Below the pieces are notes generated by a model, which saw only the letters and a list, made by a program, of their open reading frames with translations, had not been told where the DNA came from and ran no database searches. Made by a program: the position numbers and the translations under genes. From the IMG/VR virus record IMGVR_UViG_3300036770_003657, positions 1 to 64,000 of that record: DNA of 64,000 bases; one strand, given 5' to 3'. This document shows, in pieces, positions 24,295-33,593 of this stretch. The number at the start of each line of letters is the position of its first letter. Within the stretch, counting starts at the first letter, position 1.

Positions 24295-25513
24295 ATTAGC
24301 CACTATAGTATGCAGTGATGTAATTGGTTATAGCACATTGATGCAGAGAGATGAAGCAGGAACATTGGCCAAGTTAGATGCTTGCCGTGCTGTAATTGAT
24401 CCCTTAATAGACTCAAGTAAAGGGCGTCTATTTAATACAGGAGGAGACAGTGTACTCATTGAGTTTGCCAGCGCAGTTGATGCTGTTCGCTTTGGTATAG
24501 AAATGCAGGCACGTATTCGTAAACTTAATAATGGTATGCGTTGGCGTATAGGCATGCACATGGGTGAAGTATGGATATATGGTACCAACCTAATGGGTGA
24601 TGCCGTTAACTTAGCCGCCCGTACAGAAAGCCTTGCTGATCTGGGTGGTGTCACTATGACTGATGCTGTGTATAGGCTAGTCAGTCCAAAAATTAAGGAT
24701 CATAAGTTTATAAGCCGTGGAGTACAAGAGTTTAAAAATGTAGATCCCATGGAAATATTCAGTGTGGAAATTGAGGGCAGTGAGCCCAATCCTAATCTCA
24801 GTAAGAGTAAGAAAAAGGTTGAATTATCTAACACTAAATCACATGCCGAGTTGATCAGTGCTGTAGTAAATGATCAAGCAGCCCGTAATCGTACACTCAA
24901 CGATGCTATCTCATTTAAACATGACGGTAAGTATGGTCCAGCCACACGTATCATGATGTGGCGTGTTGGCAAACAGGACAAGCAGGCATTAGATGAATTA
25001 ATTAACATGGTGCAAAAGGATCTAGTACCAAAAGAACTAGAACCCTATGTATTTGCAGTGTTTAGAGAGTTTTGCACCAAGATTGACAGTGAAACAGCCA
25101 TACGCATAGTAGACCTAGTACAAGATCAAAGTCGTAGTTTAGCCATGCAGTTTCTAAGGCAAGCAGCCAAGGTAAATGAACAGGCCAGTTATCGTTTGGC
25201 CATGATGGTGTTCAACGATCCTAACAGCAGTGACAGCGAAATAGACAGTATCTTAGGTGATCTTAGAGAAAGTGCCATGAAACGAAAGGTTCCAGCAATG
25301 ATAAGTCTTGGACAATATTATACACAGATAGGTGATAAGAAAAATGCGTTTCGTTGGCTCTATACTGCCCGTGCTGAACATAATACTGAAGCACAGAAAT
25401 TATTAGAAGATTTAATTAAGACAATAAGTAAGAGTGAATTTAATAATTTCAAGACTGACGCAGATGCTCTAGTTGATGAAATTAAATTCATTGATAACAA
25501 CAGAATGAAATGA
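24284..25513 (+). CDS. Class III adenylate/guanylate cyclase with C-terminal Sel1/TPR-like helical repeats
   Basis: IVCSDVIGYS, GGDSVL, RIGMHMGEV, GDAVNLAARTES; GTG start at 24284 inferred. Confidence 0.85.
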   Translation: METKLATIVCSDVIGYSTLMQRDEAGTLAKLDACRAVIDPLIDSSKGRLFNTGGDSVLIEFASAVDAVRFGIEMQARIRKLNNGMRWRIGMHMGEVWIYGTNLMGDAVNLAARTESLADLGGVTMTDAVYRLVSPKIKDHKFISRGVQEFKNVDPMEIFSVEIEGSEPNPNLSKSKKKVELSNTKSHAELISAVVNDQAARNRTLNDAISFKHDGKYGPATRIMMWRVGKQDKQALDELINMVQKDLVPKELEPYVFAVFREFCTKIDSETAIRIVDLVQDQSRSLAMQFLRQAAKVNEQASYRLAMMVFNDPNSSDSEIDSILGDLRESAMKRKVPAMISLGQYYTQIGDKKNAFRWLYTARAEHNTEAQKLLEDLIKTISKSEFNNFKTDADALVDEIKFIDNNRMK

Positions 25514-25725
25514 TAGTTATATATAGCATATATTTTGTTTTTCTAGTTTACGGACTAGTTCTTTTTATTACAGGATTTGCCACACTACCCAAAGAGGTAA
25601 GACAAAGCCTTAACCCTGCTGAGATTGAACAATTTGATAATGAAATGACTCAAAGACAAATAGTAGGAATTCTATTACTATTTGTTCCCGTTTTCAGTTT
25701 TATTTGGTGGTTGATTATTAATTAA
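25510..25725 (+). CDS. Two-TM membrane protein
   Basis: Two hydrophobic helices; ATGA-coupled to the cyclase. Confidence 0.65.
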   Translation: MIVIYSIYFVFLVYGLVLFITGFATLPKEVRQSLNPAEIEQFDNEMTQRQIVGILLLFVPVFSFIWWLIIN

Positions 25726-25995
25726 GTCATCAAACTGTTCAGTTTCTTTTTCAATACGTTCACCTCTAAGTTCCATAACAGTTTCAACTTTTTGATTTAA
25801 TCTAATTAAGTCGTTGTCTAACATGCGTACACGATCAATTAGTTCAAGTAGAGTGTCATTGGCTTGACCTATAACTGGTTTAATTTCTTTAGTAACCCAA
25901 TTCCAAATATACCATATCAATGCGCCCAAGCAGCCACTAAACACTATGGGAAATCCATATTTATTGATAAAAGTGACTATGTCGTTTGGGTTCAC
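25678..25995 (-). CDS. TM + coiled-coil protein (paralog B)
   Basis: GFPIV...WYIW TM; LIDRVRMLDNDLIRLNQKV. Confidence 0.7.
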   Translation of the reverse strand: MNPNDIVTFINKYGFPIVFSGCLGALIWYIWNWVTKEIKPVIGQANDTLLELIDRVRMLDNDLIRLNQKVETVMELRGERIEKETEQFDDLINNQPPNKTENGNK

Positions 25996-26279
25996 TAGTC
26001 TTTTCTCTTATCTTTTATTTCTGATCTACTTAAACGATCATAGTCAGGTTTTAGACCAAGAGCAGTACTTACTTTAACATCAATCTGTATAAGTTGACTG
26101 GTCATAGTGTATACCCTATGATCTAGCCTTTTGATAGTGTTACCCATGCCAGTAATGCTACTAGTCACACCTGCTAGGATAAACTTAATTGTAAGATAGA
26201 CAAAATAAAAGGCCACAATACTGGCAGCAATAGGGCTACCTATTTCCAATAATTGTGTAATTAAACCGATCTCGTCCAT
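25995..26279 (-). CDS. TM + coiled-coil protein (paralog A)
   Basis: GSPIA...FVYL TM; LDHRVYTMTSQLIQIDVKV; GTAAATA upstream. Confidence 0.7.
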   Translation of the reverse strand: MDEIGLITQLLEIGSPIAASIVAFYFVYLTIKFILAGVTSSITGMGNTIKRLDHRVYTMTSQLIQIDVKVSTALGLKPDYDRLSRSEIKDKRKD

Positions 26280-26317
26280 ATTGTATTTACGGACAAAATC
26301 GGTAGTATTAAGTGCTA

Positions 26318-27727
26318 TTAGATATCTTCAGTGTTTAAATTATTCAGCAAGTCACGTAGTTTAGTATTTGATACTTGAACTTGTGAATTTTTAACACTAA
26401 TACCTTGAGTTGGGTCATCTCTTTGTGCCATACTGCGCTGTCTAATATTATCTAGTACAGCCTGTCCACCTTTATATTCAGGAACTTCTCCATCTTCAAG
26501 ATCTCTAATTCTCAAGGTATCAATATCAAATTCTAAGTCAATGTTTTGTCCTACGCCGCTTGAGCTACGTGTCTTAAGTAGCTGTATTTGATAGCGTCCT
26601 TTCTCTCTCCAACTACGACTAGTAAAGATACCAAATACATTATCAGCAGTTTGAATTTTACTAAGTCCACCACTAATATGACTATGATCAAAGCTGATTT
26701 CTTCTACTGCGCTTCTATTCAATTGTGCCGCAGTGACCAGTATAACGTTCTTTTCTACTGCTAAATTTCTAAGTTCTTCGGATACGAACTTATCTTTAAT
26801 AAACAAGTTTTCAGCACTAATCTTACGACTAATTGGCATCAACAAGTCCAAATAATCTACTAATAATATATCAATACGTTTGCCAGTCTTAACTTCATAT
26901 TCTTTCATAAAACTTCGTATGTCATTTGTTGTTTTACCACTGGGCATATATTTTATTTGGAACTGCCCACTCTTTTTACCCATGACACGAACTTTCATTT
27001 CAATGTCATCAATTTGTTTAAAAATTTCTCTAGTAGGTATATCAGTAATCATACTATCAATACGCATACTAACAAGTTCTTCAGCAAGCTCTAATGTTAA
27101 GTATACTACATTAAGTCCAGCAAGGCTCCAATTTAATCCTAGATTAGCTAGGAATAAACTTTTACCAGCACCACTACCACCAGCAAAAATATTAAGCTCA
27201 CCTCTGTTAAATCCGCCAAACAATTTTTGATCTAGAGCACGCCAACCTGTACTAATTTGTCCGTTTTTATCTTTAATACGCATTAACCTACTACGTGGAT
27301 CTTCATAGTAGTTTGTACCCATATCCTTTTGTAGACCAATCTGTACTGCCTTCTTAATTAAATCTTCTACTGGTCCATATTCACCTTGTTCAAGCAAATC
27401 AGCACTGGCTAGGATGGCACGTTCAAGACCTTTGTGTTTAATAAAAGTTTCAAAGTCTTGTAATAGCCAATCATAATGTTCCTCACGTAAGTCGGTTGGT
27501 TTGATAAAGTCACTCTTGGTGGCAGCATTTACAATTTCATATGTAGGTAGTATGTTGTGTTCTATAACATAGTCATTAATAAATTTTGCTGTAGTTTGTA
27601 GTCGTCTATCAAATAGTTCATGATCAAAGATACTTTGACATCTTACAAATGTTTCAGCATCACTGAGCATGAGCTCAAGATAAAGTTTTTGTATATCATA
27701 TCCATAGTCTGCGTTTTGTTTTGTCAT
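26318..27727 (-). CDS. Replicative DnaB/gp41-like DNA helicase
   Basis: Walker A GGSGAGKS, YLTLEL, VDYLDL, TAAQLNR, KTR. Confidence 0.93.
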   Translation of the reverse strand: MTKQNADYGYDIQKLYLELMLSDAETFVRCQSIFDHELFDRRLQTTAKFINDYVIEHNILPTYEIVNAATKSDFIKPTDLREEHYDWLLQDFETFIKHKGLERAILASADLLEQGEYGPVEDLIKKAVQIGLQKDMGTNYYEDPRSRLMRIKDKNGQISTGWRALDQKLFGGFNRGELNIFAGGSGAGKSLFLANLGLNWSLAGLNVVYLTLELAEELVSMRIDSMITDIPTREIFKQIDDIEMKVRVMGKKSGQFQIKYMPSGKTTNDIRSFMKEYEVKTGKRIDILLVDYLDLLMPISRKISAENLFIKDKFVSEELRNLAVEKNVILVTAAQLNRSAVEEISFDHSHISGGLSKIQTADNVFGIFTSRSWREKGRYQIQLLKTRSSSGVGQNIDLEFDIDTLRIRDLEDGEVPEYKGGQAVLDNIRQRSMAQRDDPTQGISVKNSQVQVSNTKLRDLLNNLNTEDI

Positions 27728-27744
27728 AATATATTATACACTCT

Positions 27745-28665
27745 TTAGGTTTTAATTTCAAGATGTTTGACAGGATTCCATTGGTAATCCCATAGTCTAT
27801 TTTTAGTATGATATAGCACTGCGCCTATAGCACTGCTAGGATCACCAGGCATAGGCAAGCTCCATACATACTGCCAATGATTTTTTAATAGTTGATTATA
27901 CTTACTGTTCATAGCACATCCGCCCATATAGACCAAACTGTCACTTCCAGTAAGTTCTTTGGCCTTACGCATAATTGTGTCTACTTCTAATTCAAATACA
28001 AATTGTACAGCAGCAGCAATATCTTTATGGTCTTCAGGATTTATAGTATAGGGCCAGTCTCTTACACCTTTATGTAGATTGGTGTTATATCTTCTTAGTA
28101 CATCATTTAAATATCGATTTCTATCACCCTGTACGCTTAATTGTTGTAGTAAGTATTCTTCTTTTATAGGTCGAAGTTGTATTAGATCAGTGAATGCACT
28201 ATAGAAAAGTCCTAGACTAGTGGGGTATCTATTACTCCATAATTTTGTAATTTCTCCATGTTTACCTTCCCATATGCTCATAGTATCCCATTCACCTATA
28301 GCATCAAGTACCACAATAGCACAATGATTAAATGGACTTGTATAGTATCCAGCAGCAGCATGACTAGCGTGATGTGGAGTATAGGTAATAGGAGCTGTGA
28401 TTTTATTGGCTTTTAGGTATAATTTAGGAATCGCCTTAAAATCAAAAACTCTACGCCATTGTCCAGCATAGACTTGACGAGTTTTCTTAATCCAAGGTCT
28501 TTCATACCAATAAATTTTATCTGGCTTATATTTGAATTCAAAATATTCTAAATCAAGTTTAGGTATTTCATCATCTGTAAAAAATTGCCAATGAACTAGA
28601 TTGTCATGTTGAAAGATAGCTATGCTGCTTCCATGATTTAAACAGTTTAACCCCCAAGTAATCAT
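27745..28665 (-). CDS. NodU/CmcH-family carbamoyltransferase, N-terminal Kae1-like domain only
   Basis: HHASHAAAGYYTSPF, VLDAIGE, SLGLFYS, GGCAMN, GDPSSAIGA. Confidence 0.85.
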   Translation of the reverse strand: MITWGLNCLNHGSSIAIFQHDNLVHWQFFTDDEIPKLDLEYFEFKYKPDKIYWYERPWIKKTRQVYAGQWRRVFDFKAIPKLYLKANKITAPITYTPHHASHAAAGYYTSPFNHCAIVVLDAIGEWDTMSIWEGKHGEITKLWSNRYPTSLGLFYSAFTDLIQLRPIKEEYLLQQLSVQGDRNRYLNDVLRRYNTNLHKGVRDWPYTINPEDHKDIAAAVQFVFELEVDTIMRKAKELTGSDSLVYMGGCAMNSKYNQLLKNHWQYVWSLPMPGDPSSAIGAVLYHTKNRLWDYQWNPVKHLEIKT

Positions 28666-28778
28666 TTGTATATAAATGGATCTCTTTTTCGTAATTCTTC
28701 AAGTCTTAATTTGATACGTTGACGTTCTTTGTACCAATAGTAAGGATATAAAACATAGTATCTAATTTTCCTGAACAT
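28662..28778 (-). CDS. 38-aa peptide ending RKRDPFIYK
   Basis: Bridges primase and carbamoyltransferase with overlaps on both sides. Confidence 0.6.
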   Translation of the reverse strand: MFRKIRYYVLYPYYWYKERQRIKLRLEELRKRDPFIYK

Positions 28779-29736
28779 ATTCATTTTTCAACCATTCCTT
28801 TAATAACAATTTAATTTTTATTTCAGATGTATGTGAGTTCTGTCTTATCTTCATCAAAGTATTTAATTTTCCATATTTTATTACAGCGTCATTAATATCT
28901 TTTACCTCCCAATTGGGTAAGCTTACACTCCAACTATTAAGTATAGCCTGTTCTATAAGTTTAGTTCCTGCTTGGTCTCTATCTGGTACTACTATGACTT
29001 CACGCTGTAATTGTTTAATTAATAAAGTTTGTTGTTGACTGATTTCTGAACCTAGTACTGCAACTCCATCGATACTGATTGCATCAAATGGGCCTTCACA
29101 AACTATGACAAATTGTCTATTATGGTTTTGTCTATCTAAATTAAACACATACCCTGGTTGTTGTTCAGACAAATATTTTGATTTACTTTGACTAATAGAT
29201 CTCGCTGTATAACCAACAGTGATTCCCTTGTAGTAAAAAGGAATAATTAGTCTATCATCAAACCCTTCTTCTGGTGTCCAGTAAAAATTATAATCATCTA
29301 CTGTTAATGATCTTGAATATATGTATTCTAATATTGGTAATAATTTTTCTGGCAAATCGTTAAGATAACTTAATATAGGTTCAGCGCCTCTAGGTAAACT
29401 TCTCGGTATAAAAGTTGGTGTAGTTACGCCACGAGTCGGTACCCCTTCACTTAGGTGCCTAATAGCTTCTAATTGTAGTTTACTTATAGTTGCGTCATCA
29501 ACATTTAATAATTGTAATATCTTTCTTATCTTTACGCTAATACTGCGTCCTGGTTGCCAACTAGCCTTAAATCCGCAATTAAAACAATGATAACTAACAG
29601 CTTCACCATCCTGTATGACTCCGCCGCGATTTCTTTGATCGTTACAACATACAGCATTGAAACTGATCCAACCGCTAGGAGTTTGACGTCTACGAAAAGG
29701 TAGGTGACTGATTAGTGTATCCGCAATAAGGCTCAT
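28762..29736 (-). CDS. DNA primase (Zn-binding + TOPRIM)
   Basis: YHCFNCG, VCEGPFDA, PDRDQAG, KDINDA. Confidence 0.92.
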   Translation of the reverse strand: MSLIADTLISHLPFRRRQTPSGWISFNAVCCNDQRNRGGVIQDGEAVSYHCFNCGFKASWQPGRSISVKIRKILQLLNVDDATISKLQLEAIRHLSEGVPTRGVTTPTFIPRSLPRGAEPILSYLNDLPEKLLPILEYIYSRSLTVDDYNFYWTPEEGFDDRLIIPFYYKGITVGYTARSISQSKSKYLSEQQPGYVFNLDRQNHNRQFVIVCEGPFDAISIDGVAVLGSEISQQQTLLIKQLQREVIVVPDRDQAGTKLIEQAILNSWSVSLPNWEVKDINDAVIKYGKLNTLMKIRQNSHTSEIKIKLLLKEWLKNEYVQEN

Positions 29737-29744
29737 ACCTTATT

Positions 29745-30563
29745 TTACACTACTAGTTCTACATAGTCAATTGAACCGGCAGTTTTAGTATACCTCACTC
29801 TAAGGTATGTTAAGTCTGTAATATTAAGTGGACTAGTTTCCCAAACTCCATTATATCCATCCCAAACAAATTCTAATAATAGTTTAGGGTCTCTAAATGA
29901 CTCATTACCAATCACTTCGGTGTTTGTTCCCTGTAAATAAATTTTTCCAAAAAAATCATTCATTTTGATTCTTAATTTAACTTGTTCAGGTAATGTAGCT
30001 CTATAACTAGCTAATTGAATAGCCTCGCTATTATAGTAGACCCGTCTTTCTTCCCAACGACTATCTTGGTAATTAGTTTCAGTGGTCCATCTATCATATT
30101 TCTTAGTTTGAGTAGTTGAGTAGTTTATACCATTTAATAATTGTATAGTACCCACAGCACCAAACTGACTATCATTATAGGTTAGTATATTTTCAAATAT
30201 AGCATTGACTTGATATACAGCAAATCGTAGATATTGTGGATCTAAATTAGCTATATCAGCACTGGGTATAGTAATACGTGCTAGTCCTACTTGGGTACTG
30301 TCTTCTAAACTTTGTGCGGTATAAGTATTAATTAAGTTTTGACTTTGATCCATAAGAACAAGTTTAAGTTCGCTAACACCAAGCTCAATTCGTTTCTGAT
30401 CATTATTTTTTAATTCTAATTCTATGATATTATCAATACCTTTATATATTTTTACAGTACGTTGGTACACTATTCTCCACTCCACGTTATTGGCGGATCC
30501 TTCATCCAAATTGGATACTAAAGTAATACGATTTGGATATAAATAAACTTGAATTCTTTGCAT
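29745..30563 (-). CDS. Late hypothetical protein, possibly virion structural
   Basis: Beta-rich; exact TATAAATA on the - strand at 30579-30586. Confidence 0.55.
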   Translation of the reverse strand: MQRIQVYLYPNRITLVSNLDEGSANNVEWRIVYQRTVKIYKGIDNIIELELKNNDQKRIELGVSELKLVLMDQSQNLINTYTAQSLEDSTQVGLARITIPSADIANLDPQYLRFAVYQVNAIFENILTYNDSQFGAVGTIQLLNGINYSTTQTKKYDRWTTETNYQDSRWEERRVYYNSEAIQLASYRATLPEQVKLRIKMNDFFGKIYLQGTNTEVIGNESFRDPKLLLEFVWDGYNGVWETSPLNITDLTYLRVRYTKTAGSIDYVELVV

Positions 30564-30585
30564 TGGATACCTCAGTATTATTTAT

Positions 30586-30960
30586 ATGGCTAAAAAGCTA
30601 AAAGATACAACTAAAGAACAATTACCCTTTATCAGCGTCATAAACTACGGTGAGCAGGAATATGTAGGTATCATCATCAATCAAGATCAATTTGTAACTA
30701 CTTTTTACGACATAGATGCTATAAGAACAGCAGAGGAAAAAAATCAGTTTTTACTTTTAGGTGAAACTTGGTGGTGGGAAAGCAATCGTCAAATACCAAT
30801 AAGTATATTTCTGAAAACTGAAATAGATGCCTTTAAATATTGTATCAAAACCTTTAATAGTAAAGGTGTTAGAATAGTATTAGGTCCGACGGTGAATGTT
30901 CTAAATATGACTCTAAAACGTGCCAAGAGGCGCAGTGTAGAGTTGGTTAGAAAGATTTAA
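30586..30960 (+). CDS. Conserved hypothetical phage protein
   Basis: 124-aa ORF; WWWESNRQIPI motif. Confidence 0.7.
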   Translation: MAKKLKDTTKEQLPFISVINYGEQEYVGIIINQDQFVTTFYDIDAIRTAEEKNQFLLLGETWWWESNRQIPISIFLKTEIDAFKYCIKTFNSKGVRIVLGPTVNVLNMTLKRAKRRSVELVRKI

Positions 30961-31535
30961 CCGTATTCATAACTCAAACTTTCACAAATCAAATTCATCT
31001 GTACTACCACAGCCATAGCATAGGCTATAGCATGTGGCTTCTTAAAATAATACTCATCATTCTCTGGAATCGTCCATACCTCCGTCATGATCTCGGGCCA
31101 TGATTTTCCAATTAAGTGCCTCTTCGATGGTCGGATCATAGCTAGGACGGCAGCTAATTGTTCCACGGAAACTGGCTGGGTCTTCCTCAATATAGTCCCA
31201 TGCCCTTTCAAATGAAATAATAGATCCGTAAACTCGTCTTGTAGTAATAGTTCCCATAGTGGTTCAGTCTCCATTAATTGTGTTAAATGAGCTTCATTTT
31301 TTACATCTTTGTAGATGCTTACATTAAGAAAATCTATTTTAAAATAGCCACGTTGTTCGGCTTGTTTATATTCGATACCAGCTAGATTAGTCACTGGATC
31401 ATATGGTATACTTTGAGCATATATACCCGTATTGTGTGCGTGTTTTTGATCTCGATCTTGACGCATGGCCTTAATATGACTAATAATAGTTAAGGCTTGA
31501 TCTCTATCAGCAAAGTCAATATCAATATCAGGCAT
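30957..31535 (-). CDS. Miniature DNA polymerase III alpha (DnaE)-like protein
   Basis: MPDIDIDF, H(N)TGIY, GYFKIDFL, LAMIRP, FKKPHAIAYA. Confidence 0.8.
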   Translation of the reverse strand: MPDIDIDFADRDQALTIISHIKAMRQDRDQKHAHNTGIYAQSIPYDPVTNLAGIEYKQAEQRGYFKIDFLNVSIYKDVKNEAHLTQLMETEPLWELLLQDEFTDLLFHLKGHGTILRKTQPVSVEQLAAVLAMIRPSKRHLIGKSWPEIMTEVWTIPENDEYYFKKPHAIAYAMAVVVQMNLICESLSYEYG

Positions 31536-31705
31536 CAGTGTTTAACTTCACTATTAAACAACATTAGAGGTAAATTTTCTGCCAAATATTCACCATAAGC
31601 ATCAGCATCTTCTAAGTTGTCAAATCCTGTAATTTTAACAAAGACAGCATTATCTTCTTCACTTAAGATTACTTCTAAGCCTAATTCTATTTCTTTTGGA
31701 GTCAT
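31535..31705 (-). CDS. Hypothetical protein (56 aa)
   Basis: TGATG-coupled to the DnaE-like gene. Confidence 0.6.
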   Translation of the reverse strand: MTPKEIELGLEVILSEEDNAVFVKITGFDNLEDADAYGEYLAENLPLMLFNSEVKH

Positions 31706-31707
31706 AC

Positions 31708-32388
31708 TCATAAATTACTTTCCTTTATAACTTGTCGAACTAGGTCAATATCTTCTGAACTTGAACGAAACTTCTTAATCCAAAACTCTGGATCAATAAT
31801 AGTACTGATTCCATTTAATTGTTCATCATTCATCTGTGATAATAATTTTTTACCACTAGTACTATTTAATAATATCCAAGGGCTTATTTTTCCGTCTTTT
31901 ATATCAAAAGTAGCACGACTAGGGCTCACATAAGCAAAATAATGGTTCCAGATGCTTTGATGATTGTCAGCCCAATCCATCATAGTTGCTATGCTTCTTT
32001 GTAGGGCAGTTTCAACATTTTCACTTTTAATTAATTGTAAAACATATTTTTCATACAAGGCTTCACTACACCAATGATCTAGCTTGACTCCACTGGTGAC
32101 TACATAATCTATAAAATGTTCAGGGTATAATGGGTTTACATTATGTAAAAAACTTCCAAATTTTACAAACGCATTATAGTATTGACTTCGAGCAAAATCA
32201 TCATAGCTTTTTTGTCCTTCGAACTTTTGTGCTAATTGATAAAATTTATTATAGGCCAGATAACCCATTTGTACATGTCGATCATTTTTAGCTAAATGAC
32301 GTCGTTTTTGTTCACACATATGTACTACTAGAGTTTTTTCTCTAGTAAACTTACTTTGACAATGTGTACAAATAAAAGGACTTTGCAT
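31708..32388 (-). CDS. Protein with N-terminal C2HC/C2H2 Zn finger
   Basis: FICTHCQSKFTREKTLVVHMC; in the replication operon. Confidence 0.65.
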   Translation of the reverse strand: MQSPFICTHCQSKFTREKTLVVHMCEQKRRHLAKNDRHVQMGYLAYNKFYQLAQKFEGQKSYDDFARSQYYNAFVKFGSFLHNVNPLYPEHFIDYVVTSGVKLDHWCSEALYEKYVLQLIKSENVETALQRSIATMMDWADNHQSIWNHYFAYVSPSRATFDIKDGKISPWILLNSTSGKKLLSQMNDEQLNGISTIIDPEFWIKKFRSSSEDIDLVRQVIKESNL

Positions 32389-32852
32389 TAGAAAAATTTA
32401 GCAATAGTTTTGTCATCCCATCCAGCATTAATAGCTAATTGTTTTAAATCTTTAACACTAGTCATTTGAGCCAATAGTTCTAAGTCTGCCATTTTTCTAG
32501 CAGGATACATTTCTTCTAAAAATTTTAATTTTTTGGGTTCTGCTTTTTTCTTTTTAAAACCAATCCATTCATGAAAGAATTCTTGTTTACTTTCATAACC
32601 ACACATACATAATAGTTGCCAAAGCAATTTAGGATGTTTACTTAAATTGAAAAAATGTTTATTGAAATATTCATTAGTAGCTAGAACAAAATGTTCCTGT
32701 ACTTCACGTTTACTGGTTTTTACACTACTAACATATCTATTCATTAAAAAGAAACTTACACTCTTTTTTTGTTCATCATCAAGTAGGTCCCAAATATCTC
32801 TACCACCTTGGTCTACTGCGCTGAGTATATCTTTTAATTCAAGTTTGGCCAT
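32388..32852 (-). CDS. Putative clamp-loader small subunit (T4 gp62-like)
   Basis: FFLMNRYVS...ATNE...WIGFKKKK pattern, size and context. Confidence 0.5.
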   Translation of the reverse strand: MAKLELKDILSAVDQGGRDIWDLLDDEQKKSVSFFLMNRYVSSVKTSKREVQEHFVLATNEYFNKHFFNLSKHPKLLWQLLCMCGYESKQEFFHEWIGFKKKKAEPKKLKFLEEMYPARKMADLELLAQMTSVKDLKQLAINAGWDDKTIAKFF

Positions 32853-33078
32853 GATCTTTAGTTAGTTTATGTATAAGTATAACACGGTCTATTGCTGCTT
32901 GTAAAGTAGGGTTGGAGTCTTTTCTATTAAAGATCTCCATCCATTCTATTCTTGCTCGTCGGTCAAGGGCATATTTATCTTCACTTATCATTTCTTTATC
33001 CTTATCACCAATAAGACGCCTATATACAGTATGTCCACCATCTGGACTTTCATAAATGTATTCAGGATCAAAACTCAT
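32839..33078 (-). CDS. Hypothetical phage protein
   Basis: IYESPDGGxTVYxR motif. Confidence 0.7.
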   Translation of the reverse strand: MSFDPEYIYESPDGGHTVYRRLIGDKDKEMISEDKYALDRRARIEWMEIFNRKDSNPTLQAAIDRVILIHKLTKDHGQT

Positions 33079-33593
33079 AATATTCTAGTTATGTCTAACA
33101 ATTCACTCTGTCTACTAACTTCCTTAACAAAAAAAGCACATTCTGGTTTTTCTTCATATTGTAAAGGAGTGACTAATAAATGATTATTACGCATTTTTGG
33201 AAAATACCATTTGACGTCATTATAGAAATTCACAATCTCAATCGGTCTATATTCAATTTTAAAACTACTCAAAGGATTGAATATTACAGCATCAAATCCG
33301 CGATCATTCAAGCTGGTTAAGGGTAATATTTCAGCATCTACATTACTACTACCATCACCAACAACTATGCTCCAATCAATGGGCATACTGATTTCATTAT
33401 CGCCTATTCTTAATACAATAGCGGGACTATTAAAACTTTCTAAAAATATAAGTGGAACAAAAAAGAAATCTGGATTTTTTGGATCACTGTTATCTAATAC
33501 AGCAAATCTTGTGTTTTCATCTACTTCTTCAGGTAAATTGTTTAATGAGAATAATTTGTTTTCTAATGTTAGTATTTGCATAGTTATTGCCAA
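33075..33593 (-). CDS. Conserved hypothetical phage protein
   Basis: 172-aa ORF coupled to the UvsW gene; start may be 33581. Confidence 0.7.
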   Translation of the reverse strand: MAITMQILTLENKLFSLNNLPEEVDENTRFAVLDNSDPKNPDFFFVPLIFLESFNSPAIVLRIGDNEISMPIDWSIVVGDGSSNVDAEILPLTSLNDRGFDAVIFNPLSSFKIEYRPIEIVNFYNDVKWYFPKMRNNHLLVTPLQYEEKPECAFFVKEVSRQSELLDITRIL

